41,107 nucleotides of DNA from positions 1 to 41,107 of IMG/VR virus record IMGVR_UViG_3300012878_000052, one strand, 5' to 3'. Made by a program: the position numbers and the translations under genes. Shown here one piece after another: positions 28,326 to 36,779 of this stretch. This DNA comes from a virus (lineage: Duplodnaviria; Caudoviricetes). Below the pieces are notes generated by a model. It searched no databases. It was not told where the DNA came from and was given only the letters and a program-made list of their open reading frames with translations. Numbering within the stretch: position 1 is the stretch's first letter; each line of letters opens with the position of its first letter.

Positions 28326-28763
28326 TTAGCGCGCGGGCTTCTTGGTTGCGCCGCTGCCTTTGACGGTCAGCTTCTGATTGCGCAGATCCACATCGCCGCT
28401 GAACTGCTGGCCGATGGTGGCGTCGGTGAAGGTTGTGCGCGGTGCGGCGCCAAGGGCGCTCGCATGCGACACGCTACCGGTCAATGCCGTCAACGCGGCA
28501 GCACGGGCCGGAGCGGGCGCAGCGCGCCAGGCGTCCAGCAGTTCCACGTCGGCCGGTGCCAGGCGCTCGCGGTTGCCGGTCAATACGTATGCAACATCTG
28601 TGCCTAATTCATGGGCCGCAGCGAGGTAGGACGCACTCGCGCCGACACTGTCCTGCTCGTAAAAGATCTGGGTGCGCTTGGTCACTCCGCACGCCACAGC
28701 CATCACCTCCTGGGTAAGGCCCAGTCGCTTCCTTTCTTCCTTAAGCCTTGTGCCCACACTCAC
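28326..28763 (-). CDS. Immunity repressor (XRE HTH) with C-terminal extension
   Basis: VGTRLKEERKRLGLTQ...GVTKRTQIFYEQ...YVLTG. AAGGAGA RBS 7 nt before GTG 28763. Divergent from the early operon. Confidence 0.9.
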   Translation of the reverse strand: MSVGTRLKEERKRLGLTQEVMAVACGVTKRTQIFYEQDSVGASASYLAAAHELGTDVAYVLTGNRERLAPADVELLDAWRAAPAPARAAALTALTGSVSHASALGAAPRTTFTDATIGQQFSGDVDLRNQKLTVKGSGATKKPAR

Positions 28764-28775
28764 GCTCAAATCTCC

Positions 28776-28823
28776 TTGACAGGTGAATGATCTTTCACCA
28801 ACATTGGTGAAAGAAGTTTCACT
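28776..28823. promoter_or_regulatory. Early promoter with two palindromic operators
   Basis: TTGACA-N17-CAACAT (28776-28804). GGTGAA-N6-TTCACC (28782-28799) and GGTGAA-N6-TTCACT (28806-28823). Confidence 0.75.
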
Positions 28824-28858
28824 AACAGCTCGCTTAGCTTTTACACAGGGGAAACGGA

Positions 28859-29170
28859 ATGGCTGCAAAACGGACTGGTGTAAAGAAGCTACGCACACCA
28901 GAGCAAGCCCGACAGCATCTTCGCGACAACGGGATCACTGTCGTTGAGTTCGCTCGGCAAAACGGCTTGGATCGCCATGCGGTCAACGACGCGCTTCGGG
29001 GCGTCGGCAAGGGTAACTTCGGCAAGTCGCACGAAGCAGCCGTTGCGTTGGGCATCAAGCGCGACCCCAATTCTTGCACAAATCCCCCCACTTCCCGCCA
29101 GACACCCACGCGTGGCGCCAAGGCTGGCAAAGCTGCTGCAGCGAGGGCCGGGAGCGCGAAGAAGAAATGA
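28859..29170 (+). CDS. Cro/Cox-position DNA-binding protein (BcepMu gp16-like)
   Basis: RTPEQAR...GITVVEFARQNG...GKSHEAAVALGIK. First gene of the early operon. Confidence 0.85.
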   Translation: MAAKRTGVKKLRTPEQARQHLRDNGITVVEFARQNGLDRHAVNDALRGVGKGNFGKSHEAAVALGIKRDPNSCTNPPTSRQTPTRGAKAGKAAAARAGSAKKK

Positions 29171-29544
29171 GCGCTCCAACCAGCAGCCGCGCCACATTCT
29201 GCTGCGAAGCCTGCGATACGCCGTTGATCAAGCGCACCAGTCGGCTGCAGCACCGCCATCTGCGTTCGGATATCTGGGTGTGCCCGAACCCGGTGTGCGG
29301 GGCCAGCTATGCCGGCATCTCCGAGCTGACCAGTATCGCCAGCCCGAGCGGCATTCCGGACGCACCGTCGTGCGAGCTGCCGCCTACGCCGGCCTACCAG
29401 CGAGCGCTGCTGCAGATGGCATGGAAGCTTGAGCATGGCTCCAGGCAACTGGACATGCTCGATGCGATCGCGGTTGTCGAGAGCGCCCGGCAAGAATCCA
29501 TGAGCACCAACGACCCACGGTCGCAGCAGCCCGCCGCGCCCTAA
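29167..29544 (+). CDS. ogr: Ogr/Delta-like late transcription activator
   Basis: CEAC...RTSR...CPNPVCG...IASPSG C4 zinc finger. ATGA overlap with the upstream gene. Confidence 0.88.
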   Translation: MSAPTSSRATFCCEACDTPLIKRTSRLQHRHLRSDIWVCPNPVCGASYAGISELTSIASPSGIPDAPSCELPPTPAYQRALLQMAWKLEHGSRQLDMLDAIAVVESARQESMSTNDPRSQQPAAP

Positions 29545-29662
29545 CGGTCAGATCCAACGCTTCCCTATTGCTGGTCTGTCGGCCCTGCCGACGGTGACGG
29601 AGTACTGCGCTTTGAACGTTCTGCCCCTTGAAAACCGTTCCCACACTTTCCCTCAATCACCC

Positions 29663-29760
29663 TTGACTTCTTTGGGCATGGGGAGCAGAGTTTGCCGCAA
29701 GGAGGCTCAAAACTCCGAAATCACAGCGGCATCCGCGCCCGACAGCATCGCGGTTTTTTT
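29663..29760 (+). promoter_or_regulatory. Promoter, upstream antisense target pair and attenuator
   Basis: TTGACT-N17-CAGAGT, CTCAAAAC (29706) and ATCACAG (29720), then CCGCG...CGCGG plus T7 terminator (29733-29760). Confidence 0.65.
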
Positions 29761-29794
29761 GCGCCTGCATTTCGAGCGCACCGACGCTTTCTGC

Positions 29795-29874
29795 GTCGGG
29801 AGGGCGGCAGCCATACAACACCCGAAAGGGGAAAACTGCCCGCCGGTCTGTGATCCGGTTTTGAGCCTCCCGAC
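29795..29874 (+). ncRNA. c4/CI-type antisense RNA (P1 c4, P4 CI-like)
   Basis: Closing stem GTCGGGAGG/CCTCCCGAC, inner hairpin with CCC-GAAA-GGG. Loops CTGTGAT and GTTTTGAG are complementary to target pairs upstream (29706-29726) and downstream (29891-29927). Confidence 0.8.
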
Positions 29875-29938
29875 ACCCTCGGTGCGACGACTCAAAACGT
29901 CTCCCCGAGGAAAATCCTCGATCACAGGAGACGTCTCC

Positions 29939-30178
29939 ATGGCGCATGACGCCCATCCCACGCCCGGCTCCAGCCCGGCGCGTCAGATTTCGCTTGTCTT
30001 CGGCTTCATCGCCGACACCCTCGAATGGCCCCATGCCGACTACCAGGCGCTGATCGTGCGCCTGGAGGCCACCGGCAAGCCCGTGCTGACCATCACCCTC
30101 GATGATGTCCTGACTGCCTACACCGCGCAGCTGAAGGCACGCGGCGGCGAGGTCGGCGGCACCCGGGGGGCGCACTGA
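29939..30178 (+). CDS. Hypothetical protein (79 aa), c4-controlled position
   Basis: AGGAG RBS overlapping the downstream antisense target. Coupled to the next ORF. Confidence 0.75.
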   Translation: MAHDAHPTPGSSPARQISLVFGFIADTLEWPHADYQALIVRLEATGKPVLTITLDDVLTAYTAQLKARGGEVGGTRGAH

Positions 30179-30480
30179 TGTCCACTTCAGATGCGCAAGC
30201 CACACATGCGCTGCGCCCCGTCATCGAACTGGATACGCCCGTCACCGGCGTCGTCCTGCGCTGCTCCTTCGACCAGCGCGGCATGTTGTACCTGGCCCTC
30301 GTACACCTCGCCAGCGATGCAGCCTTGACCGTTTCGGCGCACACCACCAGCAGTGTCCGGGCTGCGGCCACCCATAGCCTGCAGTGCGGCTCGATGGTGT
30401 ACCTACTCGCCGCCGGCGAGGCGGAGCGATTCCTTACGTGGCTCCGCAACGGCGGCAGCACCCCGACCGGAGTGAACTGA
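30178..30480 (+). CDS. Hypothetical protein (100 aa)
   Basis: TGATG coupling at both ends. Confidence 0.75.
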   Translation: MSTSDAQATHALRPVIELDTPVTGVVLRCSFDQRGMLYLALVHLASDAALTVSAHTTSSVRAAATHSLQCGSMVYLLAAGEAERFLTWLRNGGSTPTGVN

Positions 30481-30731
30481 TGGACAAGCGTAATCACCTC
30501 CCTCCCATGCGTAACCCCGGCCCGATGCCGGCGGATCACGCCCAGGTGGTCACCAGCGACGACTACGACCGGCTGTGGCGCATCGCGTATGCCGTGGAGT
30601 TGCTCGCCGCGCTGCCGGCCGAGGCCGCGAAGGTGCTGGGAATCACCGCCGACCATACGTCGGCCGTCGCTGAGTACATCTCCGACGACCTGCGCGGAAT
30701 CCTCAGCCGCTCCACCCCCGTAGACGAATAA
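30480..30731 (+). CDS. Hypothetical protein (83 aa)
   Basis: TGATG coupling, GGAG RBS, amphipathic helices. Confidence 0.7.
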   Translation: MDKRNHLPPMRNPGPMPADHAQVVTSDDYDRLWRIAYAVELLAALPAEAAKVLGITADHTSAVAEYISDDLRGILSRSTPVDE

Positions 30732-30853
30732 CTCAGTACCGCCCTGGTCCTGCGGCGCGCCAACGCCGCTGGTACCAGGACACCCCGCTCAGGAGAGAGC
30801 CGTGCACCACCCAAACACCACCGCCACATCCGCGGCGAGAGGCTGACCTGGCC

Positions 30854-33556
30854 ATGCAAGAAGACATCCGTCAGCAAGTCCTGCAGCGCGTGGAGCGGGA
30901 CTACGGCCTCAAGCACCGCAGCAGCACCGACTACATGCGGGGGGGCAAGTGCCCCCACTGTGGCAAGAAGGAGCTTTACACCAGCTATTCCAAGCCGTGG
31001 GTGCTGCGCTGTGGCCGTCAGGCCAAGTGCGGCCAGGAAGTGTTCGTCAAAGACCTCTATGACGACCTGTTCGATGACTATTCCAAGCGCCATGTGCAGA
31101 CTGAGGCCAAGCCCAACGCAGCGGCCGATGCCTACCTGCTGACGGCGCGCGGCTTCGATCTGCGGCCTCTGCAGGGCCTGTACACGCAGGACAACTATTA
31201 CGACCGGCGGATCTCTGCCGGTACCGCCACGGTGCGATTCCCGCTGGCCAAGGGCGGCTGGTGGGAGCGGCTGATCGACCGCCCGCACCGCTTCGGCAAG
31301 CAGAAGGCTCGCTTCGCGCCTGGACAGAGCTATGCCGGCGTTTGGTGGGCTGCGCCAGCAGCCATCACCGCCCTGCGTGACGCACGCGAACTGTGGATCG
31401 TGGAGGGCATCTTCGACGCGATCGCGCACTTGCAGCACGGGAACTGCGCCGTATCGGCCATGTCGAGCAACGCCTTCCCCGAGGCTTCGCTGCGTGAGCT
31501 GGCCGCCTCCCGCCCGGGCAACCTGCCGACCCTGATCTGGGCACTGGACAACGAGCCGGGCGCGCGTGCGTACATCCAGCGGCACGCCAAGCGCGCCGAG
31601 AAGCTCGGTTTCAAGTGCAAGGCGGCGCAGATCGTTCAGCGGGATGGCAAGAAGACCGACTGGAATGACCTGCACCTGCGTGCCTTGGCCGCCGATGACC
31701 AGCAGGCACAGTGGGACGCCGACCTGGTCGAGGCTCGCTACCAAGGCGACCTGCTCATGGCGCGCACGGCCATGGACAAGGGTCTGATCGTCTACGGCCA
31801 CGACAAGCAGACCGAGTTCCACCTGGAGCACCATTCGCGGCTGTACTGGTTCGAATTCGACCCGCAGCGGTTTGAGAAGCTGTGCCGCGATCGTGCCGTT
31901 GATCGTGACCTGAGTGACGACGACGAACTGGAGGCCGACGAGCTCGCCAAGATCCAGCGCGCCGCAGCATCTGTGCGCCAGATCGCCAACTGCTACCCAG
32001 AAGCGCTGTACTTCCAGCGCCATGAGGCCACCGATGAAAGCTGGTACTTCTTCCGCGTGGACTTTCCCCACGACGCTCCCTCGGTCAAGGGCACCTTCAC
32101 CGGCCCCCAGGTGGCCAGCTCCACGGAGTTCAAGAAGCGGATCATCAGCTTGGCGCAGGGCGCGGTGTTCAGCGGCTCGGGCCACCAGCTGGACCGCATG
32201 ATGGAAGACCAGCTGTTCAACATCAAAACCGTCGATACCGTCGACTTCGTCGGGTACAGCCCGGACCACGGGGCGTACATCTTCGGCGACATCGCAGTGC
32301 GGAATGGAGAAATCAGCCTGGCGAACGCCGAGGACTATTTCGAGTTCAACAAGCTGCGCCTCAAGACCACGCAGAAGTCCATCCGTATGGACATTCAACG
32401 CGACGCAGAGGCCTTCCGCACCGAGTGGCTGGAGTGGCTGTGGTTGTGCTTCGGCACACACGGCATGATCGCCCTGACGTTCTGGTTCGGGTCGCTGTTC
32501 GCCAACCAGATCCGCACCGCCCACAAATCCTTCCCCTTCCTCGAAGCCACCGGCGAGGCGGGCGCGGGCAAGACCACCCTGCTGACCTTCCTGTGGAAGC
32601 TGCTCGCGCGCAGCGACTACGAGGGCTTCGATCCGGCCAAGTCATCCAAGGCCGGGCGCGCACGCGCAATGGGCCAGATTTCGGGCATGCCGGTTGTGCT
32701 GCTCGAGGCTGACCGCGATACGCCCGACAAGGCCCATTCCAAGTCGTTCGAATGGGATGAGCTGAAGGACTACTTCGGCGGCGGCACCCTGGCCACGCGC
32801 GGCGTGCGCAATGGTGGCAATGACACCTACGAGCCGCCGTTCCGGGGCACGATCGTTATCAGCCAGAATGCGGCAGTCGACGCCAGCGAAGCGATCCTGA
32901 CCCGCATCGTGAAGCTGCACTTCCGCAAGCCGACCGTTACCGCCGAGAGCCGCATCGCGGCCGACAACCTCAACGCGCTGCAGGTGGAAGACCTGAGCCA
33001 CTTCCTGATCAAGGCGGTGCGCTCCGAGGGCCAGGTGCTCAAGAAGTTCAAGGAGCGCGTGACCTACTTCGAGGCCCGGCTGCGCGAGAAGACCGATCTG
33101 CGGCTGGAACGCGTCATCAAAAACCATGCGCAGATGCTGTCTCTGCTGGACTGTCTGCGTGACGTGGTGGAAATCCCCGAGCACATGGTCGTGGCAACGC
33201 GTGACGCCCTGGTCGCAGCGGCCATGGAACGTCAGATGGCCATCAGCGCCGACCACAAGATCGTCAACGAGTTCTGGGAGACATACGAGTATCTCGAAGG
33301 GCTGACCAACGGCGAGCGACCGATGCTCAACCACTCGCGCGACCCCCACAAGATCGCCATCAACCTCAACGAGTTCGTTGCCCAGGCGGCGAAGCACGGG
33401 CAGGCGGTGCCTGACCTGGTCGACCTACGCAAGCACCTGACCGATTCACGGCGCTACAAGCTCATCAGCGCCAACACCGCAGTGAACAGCAACATCCGCA
33501 ACACCATGCTCGGCAGCAGCTTCACGGTGAAGTGCTGGGTATTCAAAGCGAAGTAA
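30854..33556 (+). CDS. Primase-helicase replication protein (Zn finger, TOPRIM, P-loop; P4 alpha-like)
   Basis: CPHCGKKE...CGRQAKCG, WIVEGIFDA and ALDNEPG (TOPRIM), KTDWND, Walker A GEAGAGKTT. Confidence 0.92.
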   Translation: MQEDIRQQVLQRVERDYGLKHRSSTDYMRGGKCPHCGKKELYTSYSKPWVLRCGRQAKCGQEVFVKDLYDDLFDDYSKRHVQTEAKPNAAADAYLLTARGFDLRPLQGLYTQDNYYDRRISAGTATVRFPLAKGGWWERLIDRPHRFGKQKARFAPGQSYAGVWWAAPAAITALRDARELWIVEGIFDAIAHLQHGNCAVSAMSSNAFPEASLRELAASRPGNLPTLIWALDNEPGARAYIQRHAKRAEKLGFKCKAAQIVQRDGKKTDWNDLHLRALAADDQQAQWDADLVEARYQGDLLMARTAMDKGLIVYGHDKQTEFHLEHHSRLYWFEFDPQRFEKLCRDRAVDRDLSDDDELEADELAKIQRAAASVRQIANCYPEALYFQRHEATDESWYFFRVDFPHDAPSVKGTFTGPQVASSTEFKKRIISLAQGAVFSGSGHQLDRMMEDQLFNIKTVDTVDFVGYSPDHGAYIFGDIAVRNGEISLANAEDYFEFNKLRLKTTQKSIRMDIQRDAEAFRTEWLEWLWLCFGTHGMIALTFWFGSLFANQIRTAHKSFPFLEATGEAGAGKTTLLTFLWKLLARSDYEGFDPAKSSKAGRARAMGQISGMPVVLLEADRDTPDKAHSKSFEWDELKDYFGGGTLATRGVRNGGNDTYEPPFRGTIVISQNAAVDASEAILTRIVKLHFRKPTVTAESRIAADNLNALQVEDLSHFLIKAVRSEGQVLKKFKERVTYFEARLREKTDLRLERVIKNHAQMLSLLDCLRDVVEIPEHMVVATRDALVAAAMERQMAISADHKIVNEFWETYEYLEGLTNGERPMLNHSRDPHKIAINLNEFVAQAAKHGQAVPDLVDLRKHLTDSRRYKLISANTAVNSNIRNTMLGSSFTVKCWVFKAK

Positions 33557-33640
33557 GGCGACGTGCAACAAAGCGGTCCGGCGGGCGGTGCGCCAACACC
33601 ACCCCAAGGCCATCTACCAACAGAAGCTCAGGAGAGAGCA

Positions 33641-34066
33641 ATGCACATGATGAACGGCGAAGCCGCAACCACCCACACATCTCCGCTGGATTCCAGCACC
33701 GGACCCGGGGCGGAGGCTATCACGGGTGTGGGGATTGTGGGGATTGATAGGGGGGACGGGGAAGACTGCAGCGCCACCCTGGTGCTGCACATCACCCACA
33801 ACAAGGTGATCGTCACGGCGACTCTGAACATGGGCACGATCAAGGTGGCGCAGCGGGTGCTGGAGCGCCGCAAGGGCAACAGGAGCGGCTGGGTGGTCAC
33901 GAAGGGCAGCGAGGAGTTCGCCCAAGACGCCGGCTGGATCTCGGCGGAGTTGGCCAAGCTGGCCGATCGCCTTCCCTTCCCCTTCGAGGTGGCCAACATG
34001 CTGCCGGGCCGCAAGGCCACGCAGGCTGCGGTGGCGCAGGCCGCCCAGGAGGTGGCCCATGGCTAA
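33641..34066 (+). CDS. Hypothetical protein (141 aa)
   Basis: AGGAGAG RBS. Ends in EVAHG overlapping the next start. Confidence 0.7.
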   Translation: MHMMNGEAATTHTSPLDSSTGPGAEAITGVGIVGIDRGDGEDCSATLVLHITHNKVIVTATLNMGTIKVAQRVLERRKGNRSGWVVTKGSEEFAQDAGWISAELAKLADRLPFPFEVANMLPGRKATQAAVAQAAQEVAHG

Positions 34067-34331
34067 GTCCGTCGTGCTGTACGGCCCTCAGGGCAGCGGC
34101 AAAACGCTCCACGGCTCCGCTATCGCGAAGAATCTGGGCCTGCGCCAGGTGATCGACCTTGAAGACATCCAGCTGATGGGCGAGCGTCTGCAGCGGCAGG
34201 GCTTCCTGTACCTGTCGTGCAGCCAGTCGTACGCGCAGCGGGCGGCGAACCTACTCGGTACCGAAGTCGTCCACATCACCCATGCACTGACCGCCATCGG
34301 CGTGAATGCCGGGGAGGTGGCCCATGGCTGA
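34059..34331 (+). CDS. Small P-loop protein (90 aa)
   Basis: VVLYGPQGSGKT Walker A, GGAGG RBS. Confidence 0.75.
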   Translation: MAKSVVLYGPQGSGKTLHGSAIAKNLGLRQVIDLEDIQLMGERLQRQGFLYLSCSQSYAQRAANLLGTEVVHITHALTAIGVNAGEVAHG

Positions 34332-34500
34332 GCTACTACTGGTCCTGATCGGCCCCGCCGCCGGCGGCGCACTGCTCTACCACCTCTGGACGACCCGGCC
34401 GGCGCCCCGGCGTCACAGCGGGTTGGCCGTGGGACAGATTCCGCAGCGGCTGCGCCGTCGCCCGCAGATGGCCGTGCGCCGCGCTGGGGGTGCAGCATGA
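34324..34500 (+). CDS. Small single-TM basic protein (58 aa)
   Basis: GGAGG RBS, hydrophobic N-terminus, overlapping start/stop junctions. Confidence 0.65.
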   Translation: MAELLLVLIGPAAGGALLYHLWTTRPAPRRHSGLAVGQIPQRLRRRPQMAVRRAGGAA

Positions 34501-34727
34501 ACCTTGACCGAGTGATTCAGGTGGCTCTGTACGCCATACGCAATGACGGCACCGGCCCGCTGTCCACCGGCGAGGCGCTTACCGCCGCCCTGGTGCTGAA
34601 CCGGCACGACTGGCTGACCGAGATGGACTACACCATCGCCCAGGCTCTTGATCGCATTGATGAGGACACCATCCAGCACCTGGCCGATGCCGCACGCAAC
34701 GTCGCGGAGGGCTTCGATCATGGGTGA
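34497..34727 (+). CDS. Hypothetical protein (76 aa)
   Basis: ATGA coupling. LSTGEALTAALVLNRHDWL...YTIAQALDRI. Confidence 0.75.
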   Translation: MNLDRVIQVALYAIRNDGTGPLSTGEALTAALVLNRHDWLTEMDYTIAQALDRIDEDTIQHLADAARNVAEGFDHG

Positions 34728-36513
34728 GGTCTTCGAAATCCGCCATGCCGGCCTGTTCGCAGGCCTCGGTGCTGGAGCCAAGGGGTTCAACCAGGCACGA
34801 CCGGACATTGGTTCGGCGCGTGCCACGTTCCGGTGCATCGGCGGCATCGATGTGGATCCGGCAGCCATCGCCGACTTCGGGCGCATCGCCGGTGTACCGG
34901 GCACCGTCATGGATCTCTTCTCCCTGCACCAGTACCGCGCGTTCTGGGGCTGTGAGCCGCCGCCGGGCTGGCGTGAGGCTGGCACGGCCGACGTGCACCG
35001 CGCTTTCGGCTACGAGCACCCGCACGTCGTTTTCCTGTCGGCTCCTTGCAAGGGTTTCTCCGGGCTTATGTCGGAAACCAAGAGCAGGACCGCGAAGTAC
35101 CAGGCACTCAACGAACTGACGCTGCGTGGCATCTGGCTCACTTTGGAGGCCTACAAGGATGATCCGGTCGAGATTCTGCTGTTCGAGAACGTCCCCCGCA
35201 TCGCATCGCGCGGCCGCCACCTTCTGGACCAGATCACGCAGCTGCTCCGTGCGTACGGCTACGTGGTGGCGGAGACGACCCACGACTGCGGCGAGTTGGG
35301 CGGACTGGCGCAAAGCCGCAAGCGGTTCCTGCTGGTTGCCCGCCATGCCGAGAAGGTGCCGCCCTTCCTGTACGAGCCAGTGAAGCGCCCCCTTCAGTCG
35401 GTGGGTACGGTGCTCGGCCGCATGCCGCTCGCCGGCGACGTGGAGCGCGCAGGTCCAATGCACCGCGTCCCCTCGCTGCAGTGGAAGACGTGGGTGCGCC
35501 TGGCGTTCGTCGAAGCCGGCAGCGACTGGCGCAGCCTGAATCGCCTTGCGGTGGAAGACGGCGTGCTGCGCGATTACCTGATCCTGCCCGAAAGCCGCGG
35601 CGGATTCCTGGGCGTGCGTAGCTGGGACGACCACAGCGGCACCGTGGCAGGGGAAAGCCTTCCGTCCAACGGCGCGTTCAGCGTTGCGGATCCCCGTGCA
35701 GCTGCCGGTGCGCCGCAGTACCAGCAGTACGGCGTGATGAGCATGGGCGACACCGCTGGCGCGGTGATCGGCGTCAAATCGCCTGGACAAGGTACGTTCT
35801 CTGTCGCTGACCCCCGCCACGGTGGCCCGGCCAAGCACAACAACGAGTACCGCATCGTGGCCTGGCAGGGCGCTGCAGGCGCCGTTACCAGTGCGCATGG
35901 CTCTGGCCAGTGCGTGCAGGATCCTCGATCGCATGGGGTGTTTGAGGGCGCTGGAAAGTACCCGGTGGCGCCATTCGACGCACCTTCGCGGACCGTGATC
36001 GCGCGTAGCGACACCGGCCACGGGGCGTACGCCGTCGCGGATCCCCGCCCGGCCAATCAGCGCCAGCAGGGCGACGCCTATCTGACCAACGGCCACTACG
36101 GCGTGGTGCAGTGGGATGCGTCGAGCGGGGCTGTCAGCGCGGCAGCGGGCCATGACAACGGGAAATGGTCGGTTGCGGATCCCCGATTGCCCGACGCGCG
36201 CAAGAACCTGGTGTGCGTGATTCGGAGCACTGACGACACGTGGCACCGCCCGTTTACCACCTTGGAACTGGCCGCCCTCCAGTCGTTGATCGAGCCTGAA
36301 GAGAAGCTGGAGCTGGATGGGCTGAGCGATCAGGCATGGCGCGAGCGGATCGGCAACGCTGTGCCGCCGTCGTCTGCCCAGGCCATCGGTGAAGAGATCG
36401 GCCGCACGCTGCTGCTGGCCTGGACGGGGCAGACCTTCGCGCTGTCCAGCACGCCGATCTGGGTGCGCGACGTCGCTGTGGCAATGTCACTTCCTGCCGG
36501 GGGTTCCGCATGA
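34720..36513 (+). CDS. C5-cytosine DNA methyltransferase with repeated variable region
   Basis: Motif I LFAGLG, IV SAPCKGFS, VI FENV, VIII QSRKR, X IGNAVPP. GGAGG RBS before 34720. Confidence 0.92.
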   Translation: MGEVFEIRHAGLFAGLGAGAKGFNQARPDIGSARATFRCIGGIDVDPAAIADFGRIAGVPGTVMDLFSLHQYRAFWGCEPPPGWREAGTADVHRAFGYEHPHVVFLSAPCKGFSGLMSETKSRTAKYQALNELTLRGIWLTLEAYKDDPVEILLFENVPRIASRGRHLLDQITQLLRAYGYVVAETTHDCGELGGLAQSRKRFLLVARHAEKVPPFLYEPVKRPLQSVGTVLGRMPLAGDVERAGPMHRVPSLQWKTWVRLAFVEAGSDWRSLNRLAVEDGVLRDYLILPESRGGFLGVRSWDDHSGTVAGESLPSNGAFSVADPRAAAGAPQYQQYGVMSMGDTAGAVIGVKSPGQGTFSVADPRHGGPAKHNNEYRIVAWQGAAGAVTSAHGSGQCVQDPRSHGVFEGAGKYPVAPFDAPSRTVIARSDTGHGAYAVADPRPANQRQQGDAYLTNGHYGVVQWDASSGAVSAAAGHDNGKWSVADPRLPDARKNLVCVIRSTDDTWHRPFTTLELAALQSLIEPEEKLELDGLSDQAWRERIGNAVPPSSAQAIGEEIGRTLLLAWTGQTFALSSTPIWVRDVAVAMSLPAGGSA

Positions 36514-36779
36514 CTCAACGCGAGTACTCGCCTACCCGGCCTCTGCACGCGTGCCCGCAAGGCCACAAGGCTCGTTACATGCTCGACGGGCGCCGTTTGG
36601 AGGCCAAGGGTGGCCACTTCATCGAATGCCGCTGCAGCAGCACGCAGAAGTGCGCAACGTTCGACCTGGCCTGGGCGCACTGGCACAAGATGCACGGTCT
36701 CCGTCCTGAAGAAGCCCCGGCAGCAGCGGCGAGCAATGTGGTGCAGCTCGGGCTGCGATTCACGGGGGGCGCGGCGTAA
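36510..36779 (+). CDS. Small Cys/His protein, possibly Lar-like
   Basis: LHACPQGH...FIECRC...AWAHW. ATGA coupling. Confidence 0.6.
   Translation: MTQREYSPTRPLHACPQGHKARYMLDGRRLEAKGGHFIECRCSSTQKCATFDLAWAHWHKMHGLRPEEAPAAAASNVVQLGLRFTGGAA

Noticed and set aside
29594-29938. N-terminal extension of ORF 29594-30178 as a coding region
   Set aside because: Better explained by the promoter, attenuator and c4-like RNA. A clear RBS precedes ATG 29939. A translated icd/ash-like frame cannot be fully excluded.
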